DNA of 64,000 nucleotides, taken from NCBI GenBank assembly GCA_965220715.1, contig CBDCQZ010000002.1, positions 9,332-73,331 on the forward strand, read 5' to 3'. Every line of letters begins with the position of its first letter. Position 1 is the first letter of the stretch. The notes under the pieces are model-generated. The model was not told the DNA's origin and ran no database searches. It saw nothing but the letters and a program-made list of their open reading frames with translations. Source of the DNA: Caldilineaceae bacterium. GTDB lineage: Bacteria > Chloroflexota > Anaerolineae > Caldilineales > Caldilineaceae. Shown one piece after another: positions 1 through 8,277 of this stretch. A program made the position numbers and the translations under genes.

Positions 1-334
1 AGCAGTCCCCAGCGAAAACCATCTCCCGTCCGTCTCGACATCGGCCCACCTCAATGTGGCCGGTCACCGTCGCGTCAACCGGCATCTCGTTCCATCCGAG
101 GCGTCAGCATCGATCGGCAAACAGTCTGGAGTTCTGCCATTGGCGCTCACCGTCCAGAGAGGCTGTGCATCGAAAGCACCGAAATCGGTGACACAAACAA
201 CTAAAAACGGTGCTTTTAAGCAAGACAGCACCAGAGCAGTTCAGCTAGACTGTACAGGGAACTGTGTTGGGCTTACAGAGAGGGAGTACTTTTAGCGGAA
301 GGGCGCAAGAGATATCTTCACATCTCGGAGACAA

Positions 335-365
335 GAACGTGTATAAGTGGAGTTATACACGCTTT
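335..365. repeat. dif/lox-like recombination site, imperfect 13-6-13 (AGAACGTGTATAA-GTGGAG-TTATACACGCTTT)
   Basis: Read directly. About 28 nt (338-365) equal the reverse complement of the site at 1652-1683. The ATAA-N6-TTAT core resembles Xer/dif architecture. The spacer is the reverse complement of the partner spacer, so the two sites are inverted. Confidence 0.7.
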
Positions 366-485
366 GGCGTTTCCCAGCCTCTCCTTGATCCGCGTTTTCC
401 GCAGCTTTTCCACAAGATAATATCACAACCGCCTGAAAGCGCCAAACAGCATTTTTCGCGCTGCTGATGTGCCCCGGAACACCCC

Positions 486-1484
486 TCACCAACCGTTGTA
501 GAACTGCGCCACCGCCCCCCTGCCAGCGCTCTCGTTGCGCGTGTACAACGCCGGCATCTTGGTCGAACGCCAGCGCCCCGCGTTCATCAGATTGCTCAAC
601 TCCGTCCCCGCCCGCGCCAGGTCGCGCGCCATGCCAATCCGCGGCGAATGACCGCTGAAGCCGTTCCCCAGGCCGGCTGCCCGCGCGGCCTGCTTGATGC
701 GCTTTGAAATCTGGTTGGGACGCAGCCCGATCACGCGGTCAGAATCGGTCGCGCCGTTGCGCATGGCGGCGAGCGACTTCATCGTGCGGCGGGATAGGAA
801 AGCGACCGCGCCTTCCCCCTCGGGGTCGGTCTTGGAGCGCCTGATCAGCAGGCGGCCGGTGCCGTCGGGCTGGACTTCGATATCCTCCCACTTGACCGCT
901 GCCGCTTCGGACACGCGTAGCATGGCGTCCCGCATCAGGCTGATCATGGCAATGTCAGCCTTGCCCCGGAGTTTTGCGGCTCTCCTCCTCTCCAAATTGC
1001 CGCCCCGCCCCTGTCGAGGTCTGCAGGCCGTCGCACGTATCTCCGCCAACACGTCCACAGTAAGCGCCTCTGCCTGCCGCTGCAATTTGCCGGTCCTGCG
1101 GCTTGCGTTTTTCAGCGCACTCTTGACACCCGGGTCGTCGCAGGGACTGCCCAACCCGGCGGCCCTGTGCATGGAAGCGATGGCGGCGACCGCGGTGTGC
1201 AGCGTGGCAGGTTTGTGCCCACGTTTCGCGTTGCGTTCAGCGATGTATACGGCAACCTGTGCGGGGTCAGCTGGCAGCGCGGGAACGCCTATTTTCTGAG
1301 CCCAATCCGCGAAAAGTCGCCACTGGCCGAGATAGTTCTTCCTCGTATTTTCGGCCAGTTCATTGTCGAAATCTCCGCTCAGCGCTTCCATATGCTCTTC
1401 AAACTGTCGGTTGGTTCCTGACCGGGCGGCAGAACGCTTCTGCTCGCCACACGCAAGAGGAATCTCCTGCAGAACCGTTTCCAC
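486..1484 (-). CDS. tyrosine recombinase (phage-integrase/Xer/Cre-like family)
   Basis: 332-aa ORF. C-terminal catalytic motifs are visible: RRSKTDPEGEG, GHSPRIGMARDLARAG, RWRSTKMPALYTRNE with the catalytic Tyr. Paralogous to the ORF at 32364-33338. Confidence 0.9.
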   Translation of the reverse strand: METVLQEIPLACGEQKRSAARSGTNRQFEEHMEALSGDFDNELAENTRKNYLGQWRLFADWAQKIGVPALPADPAQVAVYIAERNAKRGHKPATLHTAVAAIASMHRAAGLGSPCDDPGVKSALKNASRRTGKLQRQAEALTVDVLAEIRATACRPRQGRGGNLERRRAAKLRGKADIAMISLMRDAMLRVSEAAAVKWEDIEVQPDGTGRLLIRRSKTDPEGEGAVAFLSRRTMKSLAAMRNGATDSDRVIGLRPNQISKRIKQAARAAGLGNGFSGHSPRIGMARDLARAGTELSNLMNAGRWRSTKMPALYTRNESAGRGAVAQFYNGW

Positions 1485-1651
1485 TTCGCCTACGCCATGC
1501 TCGAATTTTGGAACCTACGCTACTCGCTTTCTGCACTCTGCTGTTGCTCCCCAACGACTGTTTTTACAGGATTGGAGCGGCACAAATGCAAGCCGTCTTG
1601 CTCGCCGGCTTTCATGCGCGGTCGCGGTCTCTCCAGCCGCTTCAAGAGGCT

Positions 1652-1683
1652 AAAGCGTGTATAACTCCACTTATACACGCTTT
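1652..1683. repeat. dif/lox-like recombination site, perfect 13-6-13 palindrome (AAAGCGTGTATAA-CTCCAC-TTATACACGCTTT)
   Basis: Perfect 13-bp inverted arms around a 6-bp spacer. Inverted partner of the site at 335-365. The two sites bracket the recombinase gene. Confidence 0.75.
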
Positions 1684-2118
1684 AGCGATGTTCACTTTGG
1701 CGCTAACCGGGCAAAGCGGCGAGGGAGGCACCACCACTAGGACTTTCTCAGTGTTGATAAAGGTTCGATGTTTTCGTGCTTATGCGCTGGCTGGACGCGT
1801 GGTCGGGTTCGACCTTTTACTGGGCAAGCATAACGGTCTCGGCCAGTACTTACAAAAAATCACAATTTGCACCTGCTTTTTCTTACGACCATCTTATATG
1901 AGTCTGCTAAGGTTATAGCAGGAGTTGCCTTCAGTTTGGCAGTGTTCATTCAGGATGTACGCGTTTGGTGTTCGCTCGGCGACAGCCCCAATGAGGGACG
2001 CCGAGTTGACTGTTCCTGCGAACTACCCGACAACAAGCGGGGGCGCTTGCTTGACTTGAGCCCAATGCGCGTCGGCTGGAGAAACAGAGAAGCAATTTCT
2101 TATTGGGGGACATGAGCC

Positions 2119-5100
2119 ATGATTCATCGAAAGAGATCTATGACCATTCCCATCGGTTTGGGCGTATGGTCAGCGATATTCCTGCTGATCATGTCCATCG
2201 GTTCTCTGATAGTTCTGGACAACGTATACGCCCAGGAGGACACGAAGGCTATCGGCGCTGTGCAGTTGGAGAGCAACCAGCCCGGCGAACTTCACGTGTC
2301 GTGGGATGCGCCGACGGATACGCCGCGCGACTACCGCGTCGCTTGGGCGCGCGTCGGCGAGAACTTCAAGACCTGGACCGACCTTTCGGGCAATGCCTTC
2401 CCCACGAGTCCGTCGTATACGATCTCCGGCCTGGACGAGGGCGTGCGCTACAAGGTGAGAGTGCGCGCCCGCTACGACGGCCCTCCTGGTGCCTGGAGTG
2501 ACACGTTTGAAGCTGTGGTCGCGTCCGCGCCTCCGCCCACGGCGACAGACACGCCCATTCCCACGGCGACAGACACGCCCATTCCCACGGCGACAGACAC
2601 GCCCATTCCCACGGCGACAGACACGCCCATTCCCACGGCGACAGACACGCCCATTCCCACGGCGACAGACACACCCATTCCTACGGCCACCCACACGCCC
2701 ATTCCCACGGCGACAGACACGCCCATTCCCACGGCGACAGACACGCCCATTCCCACGGCGACAGACACAGCTGTGTCGCCAACCGCGACCGCAGCCGTGG
2801 CGGAAGAGCCAGTGTGGTCGGCGGACATGTTGGTGGTGGAGTACACCAGCGCTTCCATCGGTGCAGCCAGCGCCGACCTCTTCTCCAACGTCGGTGGCAG
2901 TGCAGGTCTTCAGATAAAGTCGCTTTGGTCCTACACCCAAGGACGGGATCTTCGCCTGGCATTTGTCGAGGCCGTTCCAGATGCCGAGGACTTGACGCTG
3001 CAAGTTGGCGATCTCGTGCTGGCATTTCCGGCAGGGAGTTCTGGGCAAAGCAGCTTTAAGTGGAATGATGTGGACGTCGATTGGGAAGACGGTCAGACGA
3101 TTTCGGTGCGCATCGTCCCAACGTCTACATCCACGGCGACAGACACGGCCACGCCGATCCCTGCGGACACGGCAACATCCACATCCACGCCGACAGACAC
3201 GGCTACGCCGATCCCTGCGGACACGGCGACATCTACATCCACGCCGACAGACACGCCTACTCCAACAGCCACCGCAACGGATACAGCTACTTCAACAGCT
3301 ACGGCGACAGACACGGCCACGCCGATCCCTGCGGACACGGCGACATCCACATCCACGCCGACAGACACGGCCACGCCGATCCCTGCGGACACGGCGACAT
3401 CTACATCCACGGCGACAGACACGGCCACACCAACAGCCATCGCTACATTAAGCGTCGAGACTGATAGGAACGCGCTGGTTGCTCTCTACAATGCCACGGA
3501 TGGCGCGAACTGGGACGCCAACTCTAATTGGCTGAGCGACGAGCCACTTGATAATTGGTCTGGAGTCGAAACCGACAGTTGGGGTCGCGTGACCAAACTG
3601 CGCCTTTATCGCAATGACTTGAGTGGCTCCATTCCGGCCGAACTGGGCAACCTCACCAATTTGAAAAAACTGCAGCTGAATGGCAACCAGTTGAGCGGTT
3701 CAATCCCCTCTCAGCTGGCCAACCTCACCGCGCTTAAAGATCTGAGACTTCACGAAAACCAGTTAAGCGGTTCGATCCCCTCTCAGCTGGGCAACATCTC
3801 CACGCTTGAAGAGTTGACTCTCAACAACAATCAGTTAAGCGGTTCGATCCCCTCTCAGCTGGGCAACCTCTCTGCGCTTGAAGAGCTGACTCTCAACAAC
3901 AATCAGTTGAGCGGTTCGGTCCCGGCCGAACTGGGCAGCCTCTCCAACCTGAGTGCATTGTATCTCAACAACAATCAGTTGAGCGGATGCATCCCGGGAG
4001 CATTGCGGAATGTCAGATACAATGACTTTACAAGCCTGGGTTTGCAACCTTGCGATGGTACACCGTTTCCCACGCCTACGACGACACCCACAGCGACATC
4101 AACGCCTGACGCCGCGGCCATTGCGTCGGACAGGGCGGCGCTGGTTGCGTTCTACAATGCTGCGGACGGGCCCAACTGGTCCTGGTATGACAGGAGGAAC
4201 TGGTTGAGCGACGGGCGGCTCGGGAACTGGGCCGGCGTCACGACCGACGACAGCGGCCGCGTCACTGAACTGGACCTCGATGGTTCGGTCACCATGCTGG
4301 AAGCGTCCATCCCGGCTGTGCTGGGCAACCTTTCCAAACTTGAGGTTCTGGACCTTGCCAACAACCAGTTCATCGGCACCGTCCCGGCAGAACTGGGCAA
4401 CCTCTCCAATCTGAGAGTGTTGCATCTGAACTTCAACGATCTGACCGGCATCTCGCCACAACTGGGCAACCTCTCCAATCTGGAGACGCTGTATCTGAAT
4501 GGCAACGAATTGAGCGGTTCGATTCCGTCGGAACTGGGCAACATGTCCAGCCTGGAAGACCTGTGGCTTCAGGACAACGAGCTGAGCGGCGCGATTCCGC
4601 CACAACTGGGTAACATGTCCAGTCTGGAAGATCTGCGGCTTGATGGCAACAGCCTGTCGGGGTCTATCCCGGCAGAGCTGGGCAACCTCTCCAATCTGAG
4701 CACCCTCTCCCTTTCCTCCAACAGTTTGAGCGGTTCGATTCCGGCCCAGTTGCTGCAGCAGGGGAACCTCCCCCGGATATGGCAGGTGATTCTGAGCGGC
4801 AACAACCTGAGCGGCTCGATCCCGGCGGCGTTTGGCAACCTGACCAGCCTGCAGTATCTGAGCCTCGACAACAACAGCCTGACCGGCGGCATTCCGTCAG
4901 AGTTGAGCAATCTTGTCAATCTGAAAAGGCTGAAGCTGAACGATAACAGTCTGAGCGGGACCATCCCGACGTGGCTGGGTGACATCATGCCCTGGTATAC
5001 GCATGGCATAAGCACCGGGCTCTACCTGGCGGGCAACAGTTGGAGCGGATGCATTCCCTACGCGCTGCGACTTGTGCGCGGCGACTATCACAATAACGGC

Positions 5101-7488
5101 ATAGGATTGTCGTTCTGCGACGCGCCCACAGCCACGGCTACACCAACTCCGACGGCGACGGCCACGGTCACAACGACGCCCACACCGACGGCGACGTCCG
5201 GTGCGCCACCGATTCTGACAGAGACCATCACGCCGTCGTATGACTGGGTAGAAAACATAATGGTCGTGAGCTGGGATGCGCCCGTAAATGGCTCCATAAG
5301 TCATTACATTCTCACTCGAACCCATACTGCTGACGACGGAACTACGACAACGAGGGAGTTCACAGTTGACGGCGCAGCGACTGCTTACATAGACAATGAT
5401 GCGGTATTCGCCAACTCTTACAGTTACGTCTTGACGGTCCATTACAGTGCGGCGACAGCGACGCCCACCGCGACGCCGACGCCCACCGCGACCGCGACAC
5501 CGGATGCCGCCGCCGGCGTTGCGTCGGACAGGGCGGCGCTGGTTGCGTTCTACAATGCTGCGGACGGGCCCAACTGGTCCTGGTATGACAGGAGGAACTG
5601 GTTGAGCGACGGGCGGCTCGGGAACTGGGCCGGCGTCACGACCGACGACAGCGGCCGCGTCACTGAACTGGACCTCGATGGTTCGGTCACCATGCTGGAA
5701 GCGTCCATCCCGGCTGTGCTGGGCAACCTTTCCAAACTTGAGGTTCTGGACCTTGCCAACAACCAGTTCATCGGCACCGTCCCGGCAGAACTGGGCAACC
5801 TCTCCAATCTGAGAGTGTTGCATCTGAACTTCAACGATCTGACCGGCATCTCGCCACAACTGGGCAACCTCTCCAATCTGGAGACGCTGTATCTGAATGG
5901 CAACGAATTGAGCGGTTCGATTCCGTCGGAACTGGGCAACATGTCCAGCCTGGAAGACCTGTGGCTTCAGGACAACGAGCTGAGCGGCGCGATTCCGCCA
6001 CAACTGGGTAACATGTCCAGTCTGGAAGATCTGCGGCTTGATGGCAACAGCCTGTCGGGGTCTATCCCGGCAGAGCTGGGCAACCTCTCCAATCTGAGCA
6101 CCCTCTCCCTTTCCTCCAACAGTTTGAGCGGTTCGATTCCGGCCCAGTTGCTGCAGCAGGGGAACCTTCCCCGGATATGGCAGGTGATTCTGAGTGGCAA
6201 CAACCTGAGCGGCTCGATCCCGGCGGCGTTTGGCAACCTGACCAGCCTGCAGTATCTGAGCCTCGACAACAACAGCCTGACCGGCGGCATTCCGTCAGAG
6301 TTGAGCAATCTTGTCAATCTGAAAAGGCTGAAGCTGAACGATAACAGTCTGAGCGGGACCATCCCGACGTGGCTGGGTGACATCACGCCCTGGTATACGC
6401 ATGGCATAAGCACCGGGCTCTACCTGGCGGGCAACAGTTGGAGCGGATGCATTCCCTACGCGCTGCGACTTGTGCGCGGCGACTATCACAATAACGGCAT
6501 AGGATTGTCGTTCTGCGACGCGCCCACGGCCACGCCTACAACTACGCCAGCAGTCACGCCTACACCGTCACCCACAACTGCGGCCAGCCAGTTTGTATCC
6601 GGCGGATCGGGAACATCGTCCGACCCGTACATTATCAGCAACCCGGCCAGCGTATCGGCGCATTCAATTCACAGCTACGTTGCCAGTCTGTCGCGCGGTC
6701 AGTCCGTTTATTTCCAGTGGGACGTAGGGGGCCGACCCGGGTCGTGGACAGTCCGTATCGACACTTCACCGACTAGCCACGACTTCGACCTCTATGGCCG
6801 CGACGACCAGGGGACCGGTTGGGACGACACAGACACGAGCGGAGACGGAGATGAGAATATCACCATCTCAGTGCGATCCGGCGGACACATCTTAATCAGG
6901 GTTAAGAACTACCGCGGCGGCGCGCCAACGGACTTGACACTCACTATCGAAGCACCCGCGGTAGCTGATACATCTGACCCGACAGCCACACCGACAGCCA
7001 CACCGACAGCCACACCGACAGCTACGCCAACAGCTACGCCAACAGCCACTCCTACGGCTACTCCTACAGCCACGAGTACACCGATTCCCACTGAGGAATC
7101 GTCCAACGAGTTTACATCCGACGGATCAGGAACGGAGGCCGATCCGTATATCATCACTGACCCGACCGACGTATCCGCGCAATCCATTCGCAGTTACGTT
7201 TCCAGCCTGCAGGCCCGCCAGTCCGTTTACTTCCAGTGGGACGTAAAGGAGCGACCCGGTTCGTGGACAATCAGTATCGACGCTTCACCGACCAGCCACG
7301 ACTTCGACCTCTTCGGCCGCGACGACCAGGGCAAAAATTGGGACGACTCCGACCAAAGCTACGACGGAGATGAGATCATCACCGTCAGTGTGCAGTCGAA
7401 CGGTCACATCTACATCGGTGTTAAGAACTACGACGGCGGCGCGCCAACGGACTTGACGCTCACGATTGAACCGCCCAGCGGGGGTTGA
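2119..7488 (+). CDS. giant secreted/cell-surface protein: signal anchor, FN3-like domain, Thr/Pro-rich linkers, two plant-type LRR blocks, two C-terminal PPC-like domains
   Basis: 1789-aa ORF with GGGGGA upstream of the ATG. N-terminal hydrophobic segment GLGVWSAIFLLIMSIGSLIVL. FN3-like stretch (LHVSWDAP...YKVRVRARY). LRR consensus LxxLxLxxNxLSGSIPxxLGNL repeated many times, preceded by LRRNT-like ALVA(L/F)YNA(T/A)DG.NW. Two roughly 110-aa C-terminal repeats (SVYFQWDV...SHDFDL(Y/F)GRDD...VKNY.GGAPTDLTLTIE). Confidence 0.85.
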   Translation: MIHRKRSMTIPIGLGVWSAIFLLIMSIGSLIVLDNVYAQEDTKAIGAVQLESNQPGELHVSWDAPTDTPRDYRVAWARVGENFKTWTDLSGNAFPTSPSYTISGLDEGVRYKVRVRARYDGPPGAWSDTFEAVVASAPPPTATDTPIPTATDTPIPTATDTPIPTATDTPIPTATDTPIPTATDTPIPTATHTPIPTATDTPIPTATDTPIPTATDTAVSPTATAAVAEEPVWSADMLVVEYTSASIGAASADLFSNVGGSAGLQIKSLWSYTQGRDLRLAFVEAVPDAEDLTLQVGDLVLAFPAGSSGQSSFKWNDVDVDWEDGQTISVRIVPTSTSTATDTATPIPADTATSTSTPTDTATPIPADTATSTSTPTDTPTPTATATDTATSTATATDTATPIPADTATSTSTPTDTATPIPADTATSTSTATDTATPTAIATLSVETDRNALVALYNATDGANWDANSNWLSDEPLDNWSGVETDSWGRVTKLRLYRNDLSGSIPAELGNLTNLKKLQLNGNQLSGSIPSQLANLTALKDLRLHENQLSGSIPSQLGNISTLEELTLNNNQLSGSIPSQLGNLSALEELTLNNNQLSGSVPAELGSLSNLSALYLNNNQLSGCIPGALRNVRYNDFTSLGLQPCDGTPFPTPTTTPTATSTPDAAAIASDRAALVAFYNAADGPNWSWYDRRNWLSDGRLGNWAGVTTDDSGRVTELDLDGSVTMLEASIPAVLGNLSKLEVLDLANNQFIGTVPAELGNLSNLRVLHLNFNDLTGISPQLGNLSNLETLYLNGNELSGSIPSELGNMSSLEDLWLQDNELSGAIPPQLGNMSSLEDLRLDGNSLSGSIPAELGNLSNLSTLSLSSNSLSGSIPAQLLQQGNLPRIWQVILSGNNLSGSIPAAFGNLTSLQYLSLDNNSLTGGIPSELSNLVNLKRLKLNDNSLSGTIPTWLGDIMPWYTHGISTGLYLAGNSWSGCIPYALRLVRGDYHNNGIGLSFCDAPTATATPTPTATATVTTTPTPTATSGAPPILTETITPSYDWVENIMVVSWDAPVNGSISHYILTRTHTADDGTTTTREFTVDGAATAYIDNDAVFANSYSYVLTVHYSAATATPTATPTPTATATPDAAAGVASDRAALVAFYNAADGPNWSWYDRRNWLSDGRLGNWAGVTTDDSGRVTELDLDGSVTMLEASIPAVLGNLSKLEVLDLANNQFIGTVPAELGNLSNLRVLHLNFNDLTGISPQLGNLSNLETLYLNGNELSGSIPSELGNMSSLEDLWLQDNELSGAIPPQLGNMSSLEDLRLDGNSLSGSIPAELGNLSNLSTLSLSSNSLSGSIPAQLLQQGNLPRIWQVILSGNNLSGSIPAAFGNLTSLQYLSLDNNSLTGGIPSELSNLVNLKRLKLNDNSLSGTIPTWLGDITPWYTHGISTGLYLAGNSWSGCIPYALRLVRGDYHNNGIGLSFCDAPTATPTTTPAVTPTPSPTTAASQFVSGGSGTSSDPYIISNPASVSAHSIHSYVASLSRGQSVYFQWDVGGRPGSWTVRIDTSPTSHDFDLYGRDDQGTGWDDTDTSGDGDENITISVRSGGHILIRVKNYRGGAPTDLTLTIEAPAVADTSDPTATPTATPTATPTATPTATPTATPTATPTATSTPIPTEESSNEFTSDGSGTEADPYIITDPTDVSAQSIRSYVSSLQARQSVYFQWDVKERPGSWTISIDASPTSHDFDLFGRDDQGKNWDDSDQSYDGDEIITVSVQSNGHIYIGVKNYDGGAPTDLTLTIEPPSGG
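2539..2762 (+). repeat. 24-bp tandem coding repeat, about 9.3 copies (ACGGCGACAGACACGCCCATTCCC, encoding TATDTPIP)
   Basis: Counted directly. The period is exactly 24 nt. Most copies are identical and two carry 1-3 substitutions. Confidence 0.95.
3121..3440 (+). repeat. imperfect roughly 60-bp tandem coding repeats (TSTSTPTDTATPIPADTA units)
   Basis: Repeated nucleotide blocks ...ACGGCCACGCCGATCCCTGCGGACACGGCGACATC(C/T)ACATCCACGCCGACAGAC... are seen several times. Confidence 0.8.
4121..5129 (+). repeat. copy 1 of a 1009-bp near-identical intragenic direct duplication (LRR block 2)
   Basis: Aligns base for base with 5519-6527 at an offset of 1398 nt (466 codons, in frame). I spotted only three single-base differences. 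Confidence 0.95.
5519..6527 (+). repeat. copy 2 of the 1009-bp intragenic direct duplication (LRR block 3)
   Basis: See copy 1. The identical antisense shadow ORFs in the ORF track (4152-4544 versus 5550-5942) confirm the duplication. Confidence 0.95.
6979..7074 (+). repeat. 12-bp tandem coding repeat, 8 units (CCGACAGCCACA-like, encoding (PTAT)n)
   Basis: Counted directly. The units drift at synonymous positions. Confidence 0.9.
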
Positions 7489-7547
7489 TACCACAACGGC
7501 TACGGCCACGTCTACGCAATGACCTGGGGAATTGAGTACAGAGAGTC

Positions 7548-7582
7548 TTTGAGAAGGACCGCTCAGCCCCGGATGAGTTGGG
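7548..7582 (+). terminator. stem-loop 60 nt downstream of the LRR gene (13-bp perfect stem ACCGCTCAGCCCC / GGGGCTGAGCGGT, 9-nt loop)
   Basis: Perfect inverted repeat read directly. There is no clear U-tract after it, so intrinsic-terminator function is inferred. Confidence 0.55.
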
Positions 7583-8277
7583 GCTGAGCGGTGTATGTTC
7601 CGGGAACAACCGGAGGGGGGAGTTGGAAAAGTGCCAGAAATGGTAACTCGCTGGCTTTCTACCCAATCCAACCCAACCTTGGCCGGGACCCAGAGATGCG
7701 CGTGCTTCAACGAGGGTGCGCCTGTAACCAGCTTCTCGGTTGCGGTATCTCGCAGTTGGACAGGCCAGGACGGGCAGCGCCCAGGCGCGCGCGACCTGGT
7801 TCCGCGTATCGGCTTGGAACCGGCTGGCGGAGAGTTGTAACCAGTCCCTGGCCAAAGGGCTTGGAGCTTGAGAGGCGCCGAACCTGCTCCTCTCCCTCTC
7901 TCACGCCAACTGGACGACACCAATCCGGCTTCCCAGGCAAAAGAAGACCTGACGCATTTCGCGTCTGGAGGAAAAACGCAACAGGCCCAAAGCGTCGAAA
8001 TCGTCTTTTTCGGCGAAGCATCCGATTCAAAAACGCCACAAGAGCCGTTCTAAACGCTTTTTTCAGGGGTTCAGGTGCTAAAGCTAAAGACTTTGCAATT
8101 CGTTTCGAATCAGACATGACGGCAGCAAAGGAGTGATTACGACTGATAAACCTGATACCTGGAAGGGCGTGATTCTTGCAAGCCGCCCTCGCTGCCGCCC
8201 TCCCCGTCGTCTTCCAGCGGCCTTACGCCATGGTCTCATGCGTCGGTGCATCGGCCGTGATCATACAGTGGGCCGCC

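Noticed and set aside
1485-2118. Possible tRNA or att site next to either integrase (GGTTCGA-like strings at about 1765 and 1808; region 33339-33647).
   Set aside because: I could not fold any cloverleaf or find acceptor-stem complementarity. No direct repeat is shared between the two integrase flanks.
2539-2762. Regular 24-bp repeats that could be mistaken for a CRISPR array.
   Set aside because: The repeats are contiguous with no spacers. They lie inside a continuous ORF and encode a TATDTPIP linker.
2170-6003. Long antisense and alternative-frame ORFs inside the LRR gene (for example 2170-3048, 2489-2917, 3005-3451, 4099-4605, 4897-6003).
   Set aside because: They are low-complexity (Arg/Gly/Val-rich) shadows of a high-GC repetitive coding region. 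Their duplication simply mirrors the 1-kb repeat. The sense frame has coherent domain architecture.
7707-8117. 136-aa minus-strand ORF in the intergenic gap.
   Set aside because: It is highly basic and low-complexity, has no RBS, and is overlapped by equally long ORFs in other frames.
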